The notes: generated by a model from the letters alone, not told the origin. A DNA stretch of 64,000 bases from Patescibacteria group bacterium UBA926 (GCA_002293685.1 DBDS01000002.1:31742-95741), one strand, 5' to 3'; counted from the first letter of the stretch, positions 28,499 to 37,628 are shown. Numbers and translations: made by a program.

Positions 28499-29080
28499 CT
28501 ACTTTCCTACAGCTTTAACAACTTTACCAGCCTTGCGCAAAATATTTTCGTCGCTGTATCGAATACCTTTACCTTTGTAAGGCTCCGGCTTCTTCAACTC
28601 GCGAATATTTGCAGCAACTTGACCAACTAAATGTTTGTCGATGCTAGTTAAGGTAATTGTTGTTTGATACTGCTGAATAGTAACTTTAGCTGGTTGCTTT
28701 TCTGCCTTTACTTCTACGCCATCAGGGATTGGAAAATCGATTGGGTGAGAAAAACCAAGGTTCAAAACTAAATCTTTACCACGAACTTCTGCCTTAAATC
28801 CAACGCCTACTACATCTAGTTCTTTAGTGAAACCGGTGGTTAAACCATCTACCATATTCTGAATCAACGAACGGAACAAACCCCAAAGAGCCTTTTCGCG
28901 CTTATCTTCTTTTTTAGCAACGTCTACCAATACTTCATTGTCTTTGACTTCAACTTTTACTTTTGGGTGAATTTCCAAAGTCAAAGTACCCTTACTACCC
29001 TTTACGGTAAGTACGTTGTCTTTCAATTCAGCAGTGATGCCGTTAGAAAGAATTACTGGTTTTTTTCCGATTCTTGACAT
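28499..29080 (-). CDS. rplF: 50S ribosomal protein uL6
   Basis: MSRIGKKP, LGFSHP, PEPYKGKGIRY. Confidence 0.98.
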   Translation of the reverse strand: MSRIGKKPVILSNGITAELKDNVLTVKGSKGTLTLEIHPKVKVEVKDNEVLVDVAKKEDKREKALWGLFRSLIQNMVDGLTTGFTKELDVVGVGFKAEVRGKDLVLNLGFSHPIDFPIPDGVEVKAEKQPAKVTIQQYQTTITLTSIDKHLVGQVAANIRELKKPEPYKGKGIRYSDENILRKAGKVVKAVGK

Positions 29081-29115
29081 AGTGTCGTTATTAAAACTGA
29101 ATAAATAATGTTATC

Positions 29116-29331
29116 AAAACTTTTCCGTTTGTCCAAGTACGGCACGGATTGGTCGGGCAAAGCCCGCCCATCGCGTTCAGGCCATTTTCCGAGGAACTCT
29201 GGAGCCGTACTTTAGTTACGGTGACAGGGTTCCGAGGAAAATAACGAAGTAATTGGACAAACCCGAAGGGTGAAGTTTGACTGAAAGTCTGAATTTACTT
29301 CAGACTGAAGTCAAACGAGCGGTAAAGTTTT
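29116..29331 (+). repeat. Family B structured element (long form with extra hairpin)
   Basis: Near-identical to 27770-27945 over more than 100 nt; 2 nt after the rpsH stop. Confidence 0.87.
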
Positions 29332-29333
29332 AC

Positions 29334-29726
29334 CTACCAAATCTGACAAACAACTTCTCCACCAACACGATCTTTGCGGGCTTGTTTGTCTGTTAATAAT
29401 CCTTTCGAAGTTGAAACAACTGTAATACCGAAGCCACCATTAGTGCGAGGAATCTTTCCAACTGGCATGTAGATACGTTGTCCCGGAGTGCTAACACGCT
29501 TGATACCGGTAATCACAGGACTGCCTGTTTGAGCATACTTAAGATTGACTTGGAGCATTTTCACACGTCCAGGCAATTCGTTCACGCCAGATAGAAAACC
29601 TTCTTCATGAAGAACTTTTGCTAAGCTGTGCTTAAACTTTGAGTATGGCATTACCAAATCTTGCTTGCCAGCTGCAAGCGCATTACGGATTCGGGTTAAC
29701 ATGTCGGAAATTGGATCGGTATACAT
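29334..29726 (-). CDS. rpsH: 30S ribosomal protein uS8
   Basis: DPISDMLTRIRNA, STSKG, GGEV.C.IW. Confidence 0.98.
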   Translation of the reverse strand: MYTDPISDMLTRIRNALAAGKQDLVMPYSKFKHSLAKVLHEEGFLSGVNELPGRVKMLQVNLKYAQTGSPVITGIKRVSTPGQRIYMPVGKIPRTNGGFGITVVSTSKGLLTDKQARKDRVGGEVVCQIW

Positions 29727-29742
29727 GATAGTTAGTTGGTTA

Positions 29743-29937
29743 TTACCAAGAGGCCTTTGTTACGCCAGGGATTTCTCCACGGCTTGCTAATTCTCTAAAA
29801 CAGATACGGCATAAAGAAAAATCTCTCATAAAAGCTGCTTTACGACCGCACTTCAAACAACGCCTGATTACTCGAGTTGAGAACTTCGGGTTTTTTAAAC
29901 TGCGATTAGCTTTTGCGATTAAGGATTTCTTTGCCAT
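29743..29937 (-). CDS. rpsN: 30S ribosomal protein uS14, Zn-binding type Z
   Basis: MAKKS...RCLKCGR...LCRICFRE...PGVTKASW; start corrected to 29937. Confidence 0.96.
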   Translation of the reverse strand: MAKKSLIAKANRSLKNPKFSTRVIRRCLKCGRKAAFMRDFSLCRICFRELASRGEIPGVTKASW

Positions 29938-29953
29938 ATGGTTGCTTGCTAAA

Positions 29954-30073
29954 GCGGTTTCAAATTCGGGGCAAGTTCGAGGCATTTCCCGAAGGGCGCT
30001 GGAGCCGTAATAAATGTTACGGTGACAGAGCCCTGAGGGAAATAACAAAGAAATTGTCCGAATTTGGAAGCGC
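29954..30073 (+). repeat. Family B structured element (short form)
   Basis: TIR tttcaaattcgg/ccgaatttggaa, core GAGCCGTAA..TTACGGTGAC. Confidence 0.85.
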
Positions 30074-30075
30074 GA

Positions 30076-30615
30076 TTAATCTTTAAATGGGAACTTCATT
30101 GCCTTTAATAAGGCGTATGCTGGTTCATCTTTTCCAGCTGTAGTTGCAATCGTGACTTGAAGTCCGAAAATATGTTCGATTGCATCTTGAGAGATTTCTG
30201 GGAAAACCATGTGTTCTTTTAGACCAAGGTTGTAGTTTCCACGACCGTCGAAACCTTTTCGAGATACTCCGCGGAAATCTTTCACGCGAGGGAGACCAAT
30301 GCTGATCAATTTATCTAAGAATTCGTACATTCTTTGTCCACGCAAGGTAACGGTCATACCAACCACTTGCTGTTCACGAACTTTAAATCCAGCGATAGAT
30401 TTACGAGCCTTAGTTTCAACTGGTGCTTGACCTGCCAACTTTGTGAAGTCCTTTTTCAAAGATTCCATGAAGCGGTTATCCTTAAGGTACTTACCCACCC
30501 CAATGTTGAGGTTGATTTGCTTCACTTTAGGAACGGCCATCACGTTAGTGTAACCGAATTGCTCTTTCAAAGCAGGTGCAATCTGTTTATTATATTGTTC
30601 TTGTAAACGATTCAT
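30076..30615 (-). CDS. rplE: 50S ribosomal protein uL5
   Basis: ARKSIAGFKVR, VTLRG, LPRVKDFRG, FPEI. Confidence 0.98.
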   Translation of the reverse strand: MNRLQEQYNKQIAPALKEQFGYTNVMAVPKVKQINLNIGVGKYLKDNRFMESLKKDFTKLAGQAPVETKARKSIAGFKVREQQVVGMTVTLRGQRMYEFLDKLISIGLPRVKDFRGVSRKGFDGRGNYNLGLKEHMVFPEISQDAIEHIFGLQVTIATTAGKDEPAYALLKAMKFPFKD

Positions 30616-30636
30616 AAGTGTAATTAAATACTTCTA

Positions 30637-30963
30637 TTAAACAGCTTTACCGCTTTTCTTAGCAATGCGTTGCTTGGTTCCGTTCTCTAAAATTTCATAA
30701 CCAACGCGAGTTGGTTTACCAGAACTTGGATCGATCAACATTACTTTGGATGAGGACATAGGACTTGCAAAACTCACCTTTTGAGAAACGCGCTGACGAG
30801 TACCACGTGGACGTTCATACTTAGTGTGAACATTCACATTCTCGACAACAACTTTATGGTCATCAGGAAGAACACGCAAAACTTTTCCAGTCTTACCTTT
30901 ATCTTTACCTGATAATACCTTTACGGTATCGCCTTTCTTAATTTTGAGCTTTACTTGTGTCAT
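30637..30963 (-). CDS. rplX: 50S ribosomal protein uL24
   Basis: KIKKGDTV.V.SGKDKGK.GKV. Confidence 0.97.
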   Translation of the reverse strand: MTQVKLKIKKGDTVKVLSGKDKGKTGKVLRVLPDDHKVVVENVNVHTKYERPRGTRQRVSQKVSFASPMSSSKVMLIDPSSGKPTRVGYEILENGTKQRIAKKSGKAV

Positions 30964-30974
30964 ATGTTTTCTAC

Positions 30975-31062
30975 GTCATCCTGAGTCCCTCGACGAGCTC
31001 GGGATAAACTCCGCAACTATGTTTCGGAGCCTGTCCTGAGCCTGCGAAGGATTCGGCATGAC
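30975..31062. repeat. Family A-derived composite element
   Basis: gtcatcctgag...cggcatgac ends with nested hairpins. Confidence 0.7.
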
Positions 31063-31069
31063 AAATTAT

Positions 31070-31441
31070 TTAAATAACTTCTGGTGCTAATGATGCAATT
31101 TTGCTAAATCCAGCATCGCGAATTTCACGAGGGATTGGACCAAAGATACGAGTACCTTTTGGTTCACCTTTTTCTTTATCAACTAATACACCAGCATTTT
31201 CATCGAAACGGATGTAAGAACCATCTTTACGACGAATTTCTTTTTTCGTTCGAACAATTACCGCGTAAATCTTATCACCTTTTTTTACTGAACTGTTTGG
31301 TGCAGCTTGGCGAACAGACCCAGCAACAATATCTCCAACTCGAGCATAACGGCGTTTATTTTTTCCGTTCACGCTAAACAAGTTGACGACCTTGGCGCCA
31401 GTGTTATCTGCGATTTTAATGTAGGAACGAATCTGTAACAT
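31070..31441 (-). CDS. rplN: 50S ribosomal protein uL14
   Basis: [30 protein letters not shown]. Confidence 0.98.
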   Translation of the reverse strand: MLQIRSYIKIADNTGAKVVNLFSVNGKNKRRYARVGDIVAGSVRQAAPNSSVKKGDKIYAVIVRTKKEIRRKDGSYIRFDENAGVLVDKEKGEPKGTRIFGPIPREIRDAGFSKIASLAPEVI

Positions 31442-31456
31442 AAATTTTGATTAGTT

Positions 31457-31515
31457 GTCATCCTGAACGCAGTGAAGGATCTATGGTTGAGATTCTTCGC
31501 TCCGCTCAGAATGAC
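31457..31515. repeat. Family A palindromic element (canonical)
   Basis: Near-identical to 27190-27244 and 34356-34414. Confidence 0.9.
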
Positions 31516-31531
31516 AGAGGTCAATTATTAA

Positions 31532-31774
31532 TTATACCTTCTTAAGTACAACGAATCTCTTGTCTTTGCTAATCGGACGACTTGATTCGATAATAACTTT
31601 ATCACCAATCTCACAAGTGTTTTCTTCGTCGTGTGCTTTGTAGCGGTAAGACTTAGTGTAGCTCTTGTGGTATTTTGGATGACGCTTAACTAAATCAACT
31701 TTAACAACAACGGTTTTATCCATTTTGTTAGAGATGACTGTTCCTGTAAGTTGTTGTTTAGTAGCTGTTGTCAT
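31532..31774 (-). CDS. rpsQ: 30S ribosomal protein uS17
   Basis: [30 protein letters not shown]; start corrected to 31774. Confidence 0.97.
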   Translation of the reverse strand: MTTATKQQLTGTVISNKMDKTVVVKVDLVKRHPKYHKSYTKSYRYKAHDEENTCEIGDKVIIESSRPISKDKRFVVLKKV

Positions 31775-31785
31775 ATAAATGTCTT

Positions 31786-31886
31786 GTCGTTCTGACACGT
31801 ACACCGCAGAACGAGTAGAAGAATCTCTTAACAAGGGATCCTTCGACTCGGCCTTCGGCCTCGCTCAGGACGACACTTAAGTGTCG
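31786..31886. repeat. Family A element, inverted orientation, with trailing hairpin
   Basis: gtcgttctga..gaagaatc..gatccttcg..ctcaggacgac + gacacttaagtgtc. Confidence 0.8.
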
Positions 31887-31887
31887 A

Positions 31888-32070
31888 TTAATTTGCTCTT
31901 AAGAAAGTTAGAATTCGAGCGATATCCTTACGAACAATTGAAAGTTGATTGGTGTTCTTAACCTGCCCCAGCTTTACTTTCATTCTGAGGTTCTCACGCT
32001 TCTCCTGCAAAGAAACTAGTTCTTTGTGAAGATCTTCAATAGGTTTTTTAGATAGGTCTGAATACTTCAT
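31888..32070 (-). CDS. rpmC: 50S ribosomal protein uL29
   Basis: Position between rplP and rpsQ; VRKDIARILT. Confidence 0.93.
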   Translation of the reverse strand: MKYSDLSKKPIEDLHKELVSLQEKRENLRMKVKLGQVKNTNQLSIVRKDIARILTFLRAN

Positions 32071-32104
32071 ATTAGTGTTATTAAACAAGCGAGAAAGTTT
32101 AGAG

Positions 32105-32512
32105 CTATTGTTTGATTAAGAATTTAGTCTTTACTGGAAGTTTGTGGGCAGCGAGTCTCATCGCTTCACGCGCTGCAGGTTCAGTAACTCCATCCATTTC
32201 GAATAGAATACGACCCTTTTTTACAACAGCTACGAAGTGAGAAACTGCACCTTTACCACTACCCATCACAGATTCATTACCATGATCAGTAATTGGCTTA
32301 TCAGGGAAAATCCGAATCCAGATCTTACCACCACGCTGTACACTGCGGGTCATGGCACGACGAGCTGCTTCAATTTGGCGAGCAGTAACGAAACGGCCTT
32401 CCATCGCTTTTAGAGCGAAGTTGCCGAACGCAATGCTGTTACCAGAAGTAGCCTTACCTTTGTTATGACCGCGATGATGTTTGCGGTGTTTGACTTTCTT
32501 TGGAATTAACAT
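32105..32512 (-). CDS. rplP: 50S ribosomal protein uL16
   Basis: [32 protein letters not shown]. Confidence 0.98.
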   Translation of the reverse strand: MLIPKKVKHRKHHRGHNKGKATSGNSIAFGNFALKAMEGRFVTARQIEAARRAMTRSVQRGGKIWIRIFPDKPITDHGNESVMGSGKGAVSHFVAVVKKGRILFEMDGVTEPAAREAMRLAAHKLPVKTKFLIKQ

Positions 32513-32526
32513 ATGTTTATTAGTCT

Positions 32527-32576
32527 GTCATCCTGAGCGCAAGCAAGAATTTTTTCTTGGCTGTGCTCAGAATGAC
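32527..32576. repeat. Family A element (reduced)
   Basis: gtcatcctgagcgc...gtgctcagaatgac. Confidence 0.8.
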
Positions 32577-32599
32577 AGCGGATTGATAGATGATTAAAC

Positions 32600-33253
32600 T
32601 TACTTGGTCTTATTCTCGAATACGTCGCCACGATAGATCCACACTTTGATTCCGATTGTTCCGTAAGTTGTGTGAGCAGTAGAACGAGCAAAGTCGATAT
32701 CAGCGCGTAAAGTATGAAGAGGAATCTTACCGGCTGACAAATGTTCGGTACGAGCAATTTCTGCTCCGTTCAGACGACCACCGATTGCAACCTTTACACC
32801 CTTCGCGCCTGCTTGCATAACTTGTTCTAACGCTTGCTTCATGAGTCTACGGAAAGCAACACGACGTTCGATTTGCTCAGCGATTCCGTTTGCAATAACT
32901 TGCGCATGTAAGTTGATATCGCGATCTTTAATCTCTTCGATATTAACCTTGAGTTCGCTCTTAATCTTTAGTTGTTGCTTCACTCGCTTCTTTAACTCTT
33001 CGATACCTGCGCCACCTTTACCGATAATTAAACCTGGTTTGGTGGTGTGAACTACGATAGTAATTGTACCGTCGTTGAGGCGTTCGATGTCGATACGAGA
33101 AAGTCCCGCTTTACGCAAGTGCTTTTCAAGGTATTCACGAATCTTGATGTCTTCGTGCAATTGAGCAACATAGTTGCCCTTTGAAAACCACTTGGACTTC
33201 CAAGTATCGGTAATCTTTAAACGAAATGAAGTTGGATTAATCTTATGTCCCAT
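32600..33253 (-). CDS. rpsC: 30S ribosomal protein uS3
   Basis: MGHKINP, PGLIIGKGG, GRLNGAEIAR, PLHTLRADID; start corrected to 33253. Confidence 0.98.
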   Translation of the reverse strand: MGHKINPTSFRLKITDTWKSKWFSKGNYVAQLHEDIKIREYLEKHLRKAGLSRIDIERLNDGTITIVVHTTKPGLIIGKGGAGIEELKKRVKQQLKIKSELKVNIEEIKDRDINLHAQVIANGIAEQIERRVAFRRLMKQALEQVMQAGAKGVKVAIGGRLNGAEIARTEHLSAGKIPLHTLRADIDFARSTAHTTYGTIGIKVWIYRGDVFENKTK

Positions 33254-33272
33254 AATTTGAGAGGTGAATTCT

Positions 33273-33399
33273 GTCATCCTGAACGCAGTGAAGGATCTTT
33301 ACTTGAGATTCTTCTCGGAGTTTATCCCCGCGCAGGCGGGGACTCAGAATGACAGTTAGTGGAGATCCCTGCTTTCGCAGGGACGGCACAAAGTGCCGA
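33273..33399. repeat. Family A element (33273-33353) plus adjacent half-element (33361-33399)
   Basis: gtcatcctgaacgcagtgaaggatct...ctcagaatgac; then agatccctgctttcgcagggacggcacaaagtgccg. Confidence 0.85.
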
Positions 33400-33404
33400 T
33401 TAAA

Positions 33405-33971
33405 TTACTTTTGTAAGTTTTCTGGAGAAGTTTTTACTTTAGAATCAGTCGCTTCGTTTTCGCGGTGAACTTCTTTCACTTTAGGTTCAGGCTTAAGTTT
33501 AGAAACAGATTCAGCTTCAGCTTTACCAAGTTGACCTTCTTGAGTCTGGATTGGTTCAGCTTTCTTCTTAGCCTTTGGAAGCTTAGCAGAACTTTTCGGT
33601 TTTGCATCGCGCTCTTCAAGCACTACGTTCACATGTGCCATTTTGCGTCGGATAACGAATGCGCTACCACGGGCTCTTGGGAACATACGCTGAAGTACAG
33701 GACCCATGTCAGTTGTAATACTCTTGATAAATAATTGCTCACCTTTTAATGAAAAATTATTCTCAGCATTTGCTACAGCCGAACGCAATAATTTGGATAC
33801 CATTCCAGCAGCCTTTTTATTGGTGAACTGGAGTTGAACCAAAGCGTCTGCAACGCGCATGTTCTTCACCAAGTTTGTAACTAGGCGAATCTTGCGAGGA
33901 GAGATGCGGAGATTGCGTGCATGAGCTCTCACTTGAGGCTTGTTATTCGGTTGTGCGACTTTTTCTGCCAT
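33405..33971 (-). CDS. rplV: 50S ribosomal protein uL22 with a K/E-rich C-terminal extension
   Basis: RISPRKIRLV, SAVANAENN, PRARG. Confidence 0.97.
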   Translation of the reverse strand: MAEKVAQPNNKPQVRAHARNLRISPRKIRLVTNLVKNMRVADALVQLQFTNKKAAGMVSKLLRSAVANAENNFSLKGEQLFIKSITTDMGPVLQRMFPRARGSAFVIRRKMAHVNVVLEERDAKPKSSAKLPKAKKKAEPIQTQEGQLGKAEAESVSKLKPEPKVKEVHRENEATDSKVKTSPENLQK

Positions 33972-33982
33972 ATGATTTCATC

Positions 33983-34043
33983 GTTATCCTGAGCACAGCG
34001 AAGGATCTTTCTAGAAAAGACACTTCACAGCACTCAGCATAAC
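33983..34043. repeat. Degenerate family A element
   Basis: gttatcctgagc..gcgaaggatct...ctcagcataac. Confidence 0.7.
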
Positions 34044-34052
34044 ATTACATTA

Positions 34053-34331
34053 TTATTTTCCTGCCTTTTGTTCCTTCGCAAGTTTACCACCGTGACCGAT
34101 GAACTTACGAGTCGGAGCGAATTCGCCCAACTTATGTCCCACCATGTTTTCTGTAACGAAAACTTCGGTGTGCTGTTTGCCATTGTGTACGAGGAAAGTA
34201 AAACCAACCATTTCTGGGGCAATGGCACAAGCTCGTGACCAAGTCTTGATGCGATCGCCAGGTTTGCCGGCAAGCACTTTCTTGAGTACACGAGGATCGA
34301 TGTATGGACCTTTTTTTAAACTTCTAGACAT
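34053..34331 (-). CDS. rpsS: 30S ribosomal protein uS19
   Basis: [26 protein letters not shown]. Confidence 0.98.
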   Translation of the reverse strand: MSRSLKKGPYIDPRVLKKVLAGKPGDRIKTWSRACAIAPEMVGFTFLVHNGKQHTEVFVTENMVGHKLGEFAPTRKFIGHGGKLAKEQKAGK

Positions 34332-34355
34332 ATATATAGATAAATTTTCTATCCT

Positions 34356-34414
34356 GTCATCCTGAACGCAGTGAAGGATCTATAATTGAGATTCTTCGCT
34401 CCGCTCAGAATGAC
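34356..34414. repeat. Family A palindromic element (canonical)
   Basis: gtcatcctgaacgcagtgaaggatct..agattcttcgctccgctcagaatgac. Confidence 0.9.
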
Positions 34415-34430
34415 AGAGAGAATTGTATAA

Positions 34431-35273
34431 TTAACGCTTCTTCACGCGACGCTTAACAATAAACTTACCAGACGGTTTCTTCTTATCGCGGGTTTTCACA
34501 CCGAGCGCATGCTTACCCCAAGGAGTCTTAGGATATTTCAAACCGATTGAGTTACTACCTTCACCACCACCATGAGGGTGATCTACTGGGTTCATAACTT
34601 TACCTCGAACGCTTGGTCTCCATCCCATGTGGCGCTTACGACCAGCTGTTCCGATTCGTACGTTCATCCAGTCTGAGTTAGACATCGAGCCGATTGTAGC
34701 GCAAGCAGTTTCGCGAACTTTACGGATTTCACCAGAAGGAAGTTTAAGGAATGCATAACCACCTTCTAAGTTTTGCAACAACACACTAGCACCTGCACTG
34801 CGAGCTAACTTACCACCATGACCAGGAATTAATTCCACATCATGGATGAAGCTTCCAACTGGAATGCTTGCAAGTGACATTCTGTTACCAGGATGGATTT
34901 CGGCTGTTTCACTATACACTACTTTATCGCCAACTTTTAAGCCAGCAGGTGTTAAGATGAAACGCTTAACTCCATCGTTGTAAGTAATAAGAGAAATAAA
35001 TGCGGTGCGAGTTGGATCGTATTCAACTGTTTTCACTGTACCAGGAATGTTCTTTCGGTCGGCACGGTTGAAATCAACAATACGAACTTTCTTGTTAGCA
35101 CCACCACCACGGTGTCGAACAGTAATCTTACCAGAGTTATTACGACCGGCGTTCTTCGCTTTGCTCATTATCAAAGACTTCGGAGTTTTCTCAGTCTTTT
35201 TTAAAACGGAATAATCGGTCACACTTTGCTTGCGACGTCCCGGTGTAGTTGGTTTGTATACTTTTACTGCCAT
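34431..35273 (-). CDS. rplB: 50S ribosomal protein uL2
   Basis: GRNNSGKITVRHRGGG, EYDP.R, MNPVDHPHGGGEG. Confidence 0.99.
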   Translation of the reverse strand: MAVKVYKPTTPGRRKQSVTDYSVLKKTEKTPKSLIMSKAKNAGRNNSGKITVRHRGGGANKKVRIVDFNRADRKNIPGTVKTVEYDPTRTAFISLITYNDGVKRFILTPAGLKVGDKVVYSETAEIHPGNRMSLASIPVGSFIHDVELIPGHGGKLARSAGASVLLQNLEGGYAFLKLPSGEIRKVRETACATIGSMSNSDWMNVRIGTAGRKRHMGWRPSVRGKVMNPVDHPHGGGEGSNSIGLKYPKTPWGKHALGVKTRDKKKPSGKFIVKRRVKKR

Positions 35274-35281
35274 ATTGTTAG

Positions 35282-35355
35282 TTAGTAGTGGGTAGATTGT
35301 AGTGAGCAGGATACAGGAATGTTCTATATTCTACTTACTACAATCTACTTACTAA
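35282..35355. repeat. Heptamer-derived hairpin (tagtggg/cttacta type)
   Basis: tagtgggtagattgtagtgag pairs with cttactacaatctacttacta. Confidence 0.7.
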
Positions 35356-35356
35356 T

Positions 35357-35764
35357 TTAGGTAGGTTCTACTATATTAATCTTCTTACTGTCTTTGGTTA
35401 AGGTAATCATAGCTTTCTTGAAACCGCTGCGTTGTCCAACTTTACGACCGAATGTACGGCTCTTGCCTTGGACTTGAATCATGTTAACGTTGGCAACTTT
35501 TACACCATACATTTTTTCAACCGCGCGACGAACTTCGATTTTGTTCAACTTACCATAAACAGTGAAAATGTATTGATTGAAACGATCTACGAAACCAGCT
35601 TTTTCAGAAATTCTTGGAACTATTAAACCTTTGTTACCAAGACCACTATGAGGCACGTCTAACATCGCAGGAGCTTCAGCTTCTTTTTTCGGTTCATCAG
35701 ACGCAGTAGTAGTTTCTACCTTGATTTCGTCTTCTGTATTTTCTTTTTTAGAAAATAATGCCAT
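35357..35764 (-). CDS. rplW: 50S ribosomal protein uL23 with an acidic N-terminal extension
   Basis: PRISEKA, NKIEVRRAVE..YGVKV, KKAMITL. Confidence 0.95.
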   Translation of the reverse strand: MALFSKKENTEDEIKVETTTASDEPKKEAEAPAMLDVPHSGLGNKGLIVPRISEKAGFVDRFNQYIFTVYGKLNKIEVRRAVEKMYGVKVANVNMIQVQGKSRTFGRKVGQRSGFKKAMITLTKDSKKINIVEPT

Positions 35765-35782
35765 GTGGGTTAGTTAAGGGTT

Positions 35783-35901
35783 GTCATTCCTGGGACCGAG
35801 TTCGAGAATCGAACGAGGTAACCGGGAATCTATTAATTAATATGTTGCTCTAGTGGATCCCCGGTTCTCATCTCGCTTCGCGAGCTGAGCCCAGGGACGA
35901 C
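35783..35901. repeat. Family A element (GTCATTCC variant)
   Basis: gtcattcctggg..gggaatcta/tggatcccc..cccagggacgac; 3 nt after the rplD stop. Confidence 0.8.
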
Positions 35902-35904
35902 TAC

Positions 35905-36663
35905 TTACGCAGTCAATTTCTTATCAGCAACTGCTTTCTTAGGAGTTTCTTTCTGTTCAGAGTTCCCTGATAGCCCGCGCGACTTCGTCGCTTGTGGCTT
36001 CTGGGACGACTGCTCCGCAGTCGCTTTAAGATAAGTTTTTTCGATTACTGGTAGGCTATCTTTTAGAATAAACATACTATCAGCTTTGAGAATATCGGTA
36101 ACATTTAGACTTGTGGCTAGAGTTGTAGTAACAGCTTGTAAATTACGGGAAGCTCGGACTAAAGAATCATCTTTCTTTGGAAGAACAAGCATTTGCCTTT
36201 TGCCCAAAATATCCATCTTAGATTGAAACGCTTGCATGAACTTAATAAATTCTTTGGTCTTCGGTGTTTCTAAATTCACACCTTCGACAACAATCAAGCG
36301 ACCATCTTTTGCTTTATCCGAAAGGGACATAAACAAAGCTTTAGTCTTAGCTTTCTTGTTAATCTTGAGCGACCAGTTGCGGTCTGAGCGAGGTCCGAAA
36401 GTGACTCCACCATGTCGCCACAATGGGCTACGAGTAGAACCAGCACGAGCTCGTCCAGTACCTTTTTGGCGCCAAGGCTTCTTACCACCACCAGATACAT
36501 CGCCGCGGGTCTTAGTGTGAGCCAAACCTTTACGAGCGTTGTTTGCTTGAGCACGAACCGCTTCGGCTAGCAAGTGCAAAGATGGCTTAACAGCAAAGAT
36601 TTGATCGCTAATTTCGATCTCGCCAGTGCTTTCCGCGTTCTGATTGTAAACTTGAATTTTCAT
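35905..36663 (-). CDS. rplD: 50S ribosomal protein uL4 with a C-terminal extension
   Basis: TKTRGDVSGGGKKPWRQKGTGRARAGS.RSP. Confidence 0.98.
   Translation of the reverse strand: MKIQVYNQNAESTGEIEISDQIFAVKPSLHLLAEAVRAQANNARKGLAHTKTRGDVSGGGKKPWRQKGTGRARAGSTRSPLWRHGGVTFGPRSDRNWSLKINKKAKTKALFMSLSDKAKDGRLIVVEGVNLETPKTKEFIKFMQAFQSKMDILGKRQMLVLPKKDDSLVRASRNLQAVTTTLATSLNVTDILKADSMFILKDSLPVIEKTYLKATAEQSSQKPQATKSRGLSGNSEQKETPKKAVADKKLTA
35960..36024. repeat. Family A half-element embedded in frame in the rplD 3' end
   Basis: agttccctg..gcgacttcgtcgc..ctgggacgactgctccgcagtcg has the same architecture as the intergenic half-element 33361-33399. Confidence 0.6.
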
Positions 36664-36682
36664 CTGTAAATAAAATTATTAT

Positions 36683-36762
36683 GTCATTCTGAGGCGACAG
36701 CCGAAGAATCTCTTTGAGAGATCCTTCGTCCCTTCGGGACTCAGGACGACACTTCGTGTCGT
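36683..36762. repeat. Family A element, inverted orientation, with trailing hairpin
   Basis: gtcattctgag..gaagaatct/agatccttcg..ctcaggacgac + gacacttcgtgtc; abuts the rplC stop. Confidence 0.87.
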
Positions 36763-37431
36763 TTACTTTTTCTTCTTAGTTTCTACAACTTCTTGGAATA
36801 ACGGTTTAGTAACTCCGGTTGTAGATATTTTTACCATTCCATTTGGGTGTCCTGGTACAGCGCCCTTAACAAGAATTAAACCTTTATCTGCGTCTACGTC
36901 TACAATCTGTAAGTTCTTAACAGTAACTTGGGAATTGCCCATGTGACCAGCCATGCGGCGGCCTTTGTTAACGTGTTGTGGATAACGAGAACCGATAGAA
37001 CCAACACTGCGAGGCTTATCGTGACCATGACTTCCAGGGAATCCAGCAAAGTTATGACGCTTCATAACACCAGTGAATCCTCGGCCCTTCATAGTACCGG
37101 TTACGTTAATAATTTCTCCAACTTCGAAAGTAGAAACATCAATCTTTTGGCCAATTTGGAATTCGCTAGAATTTTCTAGGCGGAATTCTACAAATTTACC
37201 GAAAGTTCCAAGATCTTTTGAGTGACCAGTCTTCGCCTTGTTTGAATGACGACTTCCTGCCACTTGAGGACTGACACCAACCTGAACGGCATTGTAGCCA
37301 TCTTTAGTTTCGCCAGTTTTGACTTGAGTTACCACAATTTCTGGAGCTTTCACAACAGTAACTGGGATTACTTCGCCGTTTTCGGCAAAGTACTGAGTCA
37401 TATTTAATTTCTTACCTACAATAAATTTCAT
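36763..37431 (-). CDS. rplC: 50S ribosomal protein uL3
   Basis: GKKLNMTQ, DGYNAVQ, KGRGFTGVMKRH, MAGHMG, VKGAVPG; start corrected to 37431. Confidence 0.98.
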   Translation of the reverse strand: MKFIVGKKLNMTQYFAENGEVIPVTVVKAPEIVVTQVKTGETKDGYNAVQVGVSPQVAGSRHSNKAKTGHSKDLGTFGKFVEFRLENSSEFQIGQKIDVSTFEVGEIINVTGTMKGRGFTGVMKRHNFAGFPGSHGHDKPRSVGSIGSRYPQHVNKGRRMAGHMGNSQVTVKNLQIVDVDADKGLILVKGAVPGHPNGMVKISTTGVTKPLFQEVVETKKKK

Positions 37432-37558
37432 ACAGTTTTGATTGGTCCATATCTTGGTCGCAAATGCGGCAAGCCGCCCTGCTCCGCGTTCGTACTGGCA
37501 AAGCCAGATACTCACTCGCTAAAGAAATAGGGACATCACTTTCATAAATAATTGTTTT

Positions 37559-37620
37559 GTCATCCTGAGGCCAAAGGCCGAAGGATCTCGAATGAGATTC
37601 TTCGCTTCGCTCAGAATGAC
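37559..37620. repeat. Family A palindromic element
   Basis: gtcatcctgaggccaaaggccgaaggatct..agattcttcgcttcgctcagaatgac. Confidence 0.9.
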
Positions 37621-37628
37621 ATGAAAAT

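Noticed and set aside
29938-37515. N-terminal extensions of rpsN, rpsQ, rpsC and rplC in the ORF track (likewise pfkB, crtI, crtB, VIT1, PAP2)
   Set aside because: The extra residues come from reading through repeats or overlapping upstream genes; downstream ATGs match the family N-termini.
25201-37620. CRISPR array interpretation of the recurring repeats
   Set aside because: Copies are separated by whole genes, vary in length and internal modules, and there are no cas genes or regular spacers.
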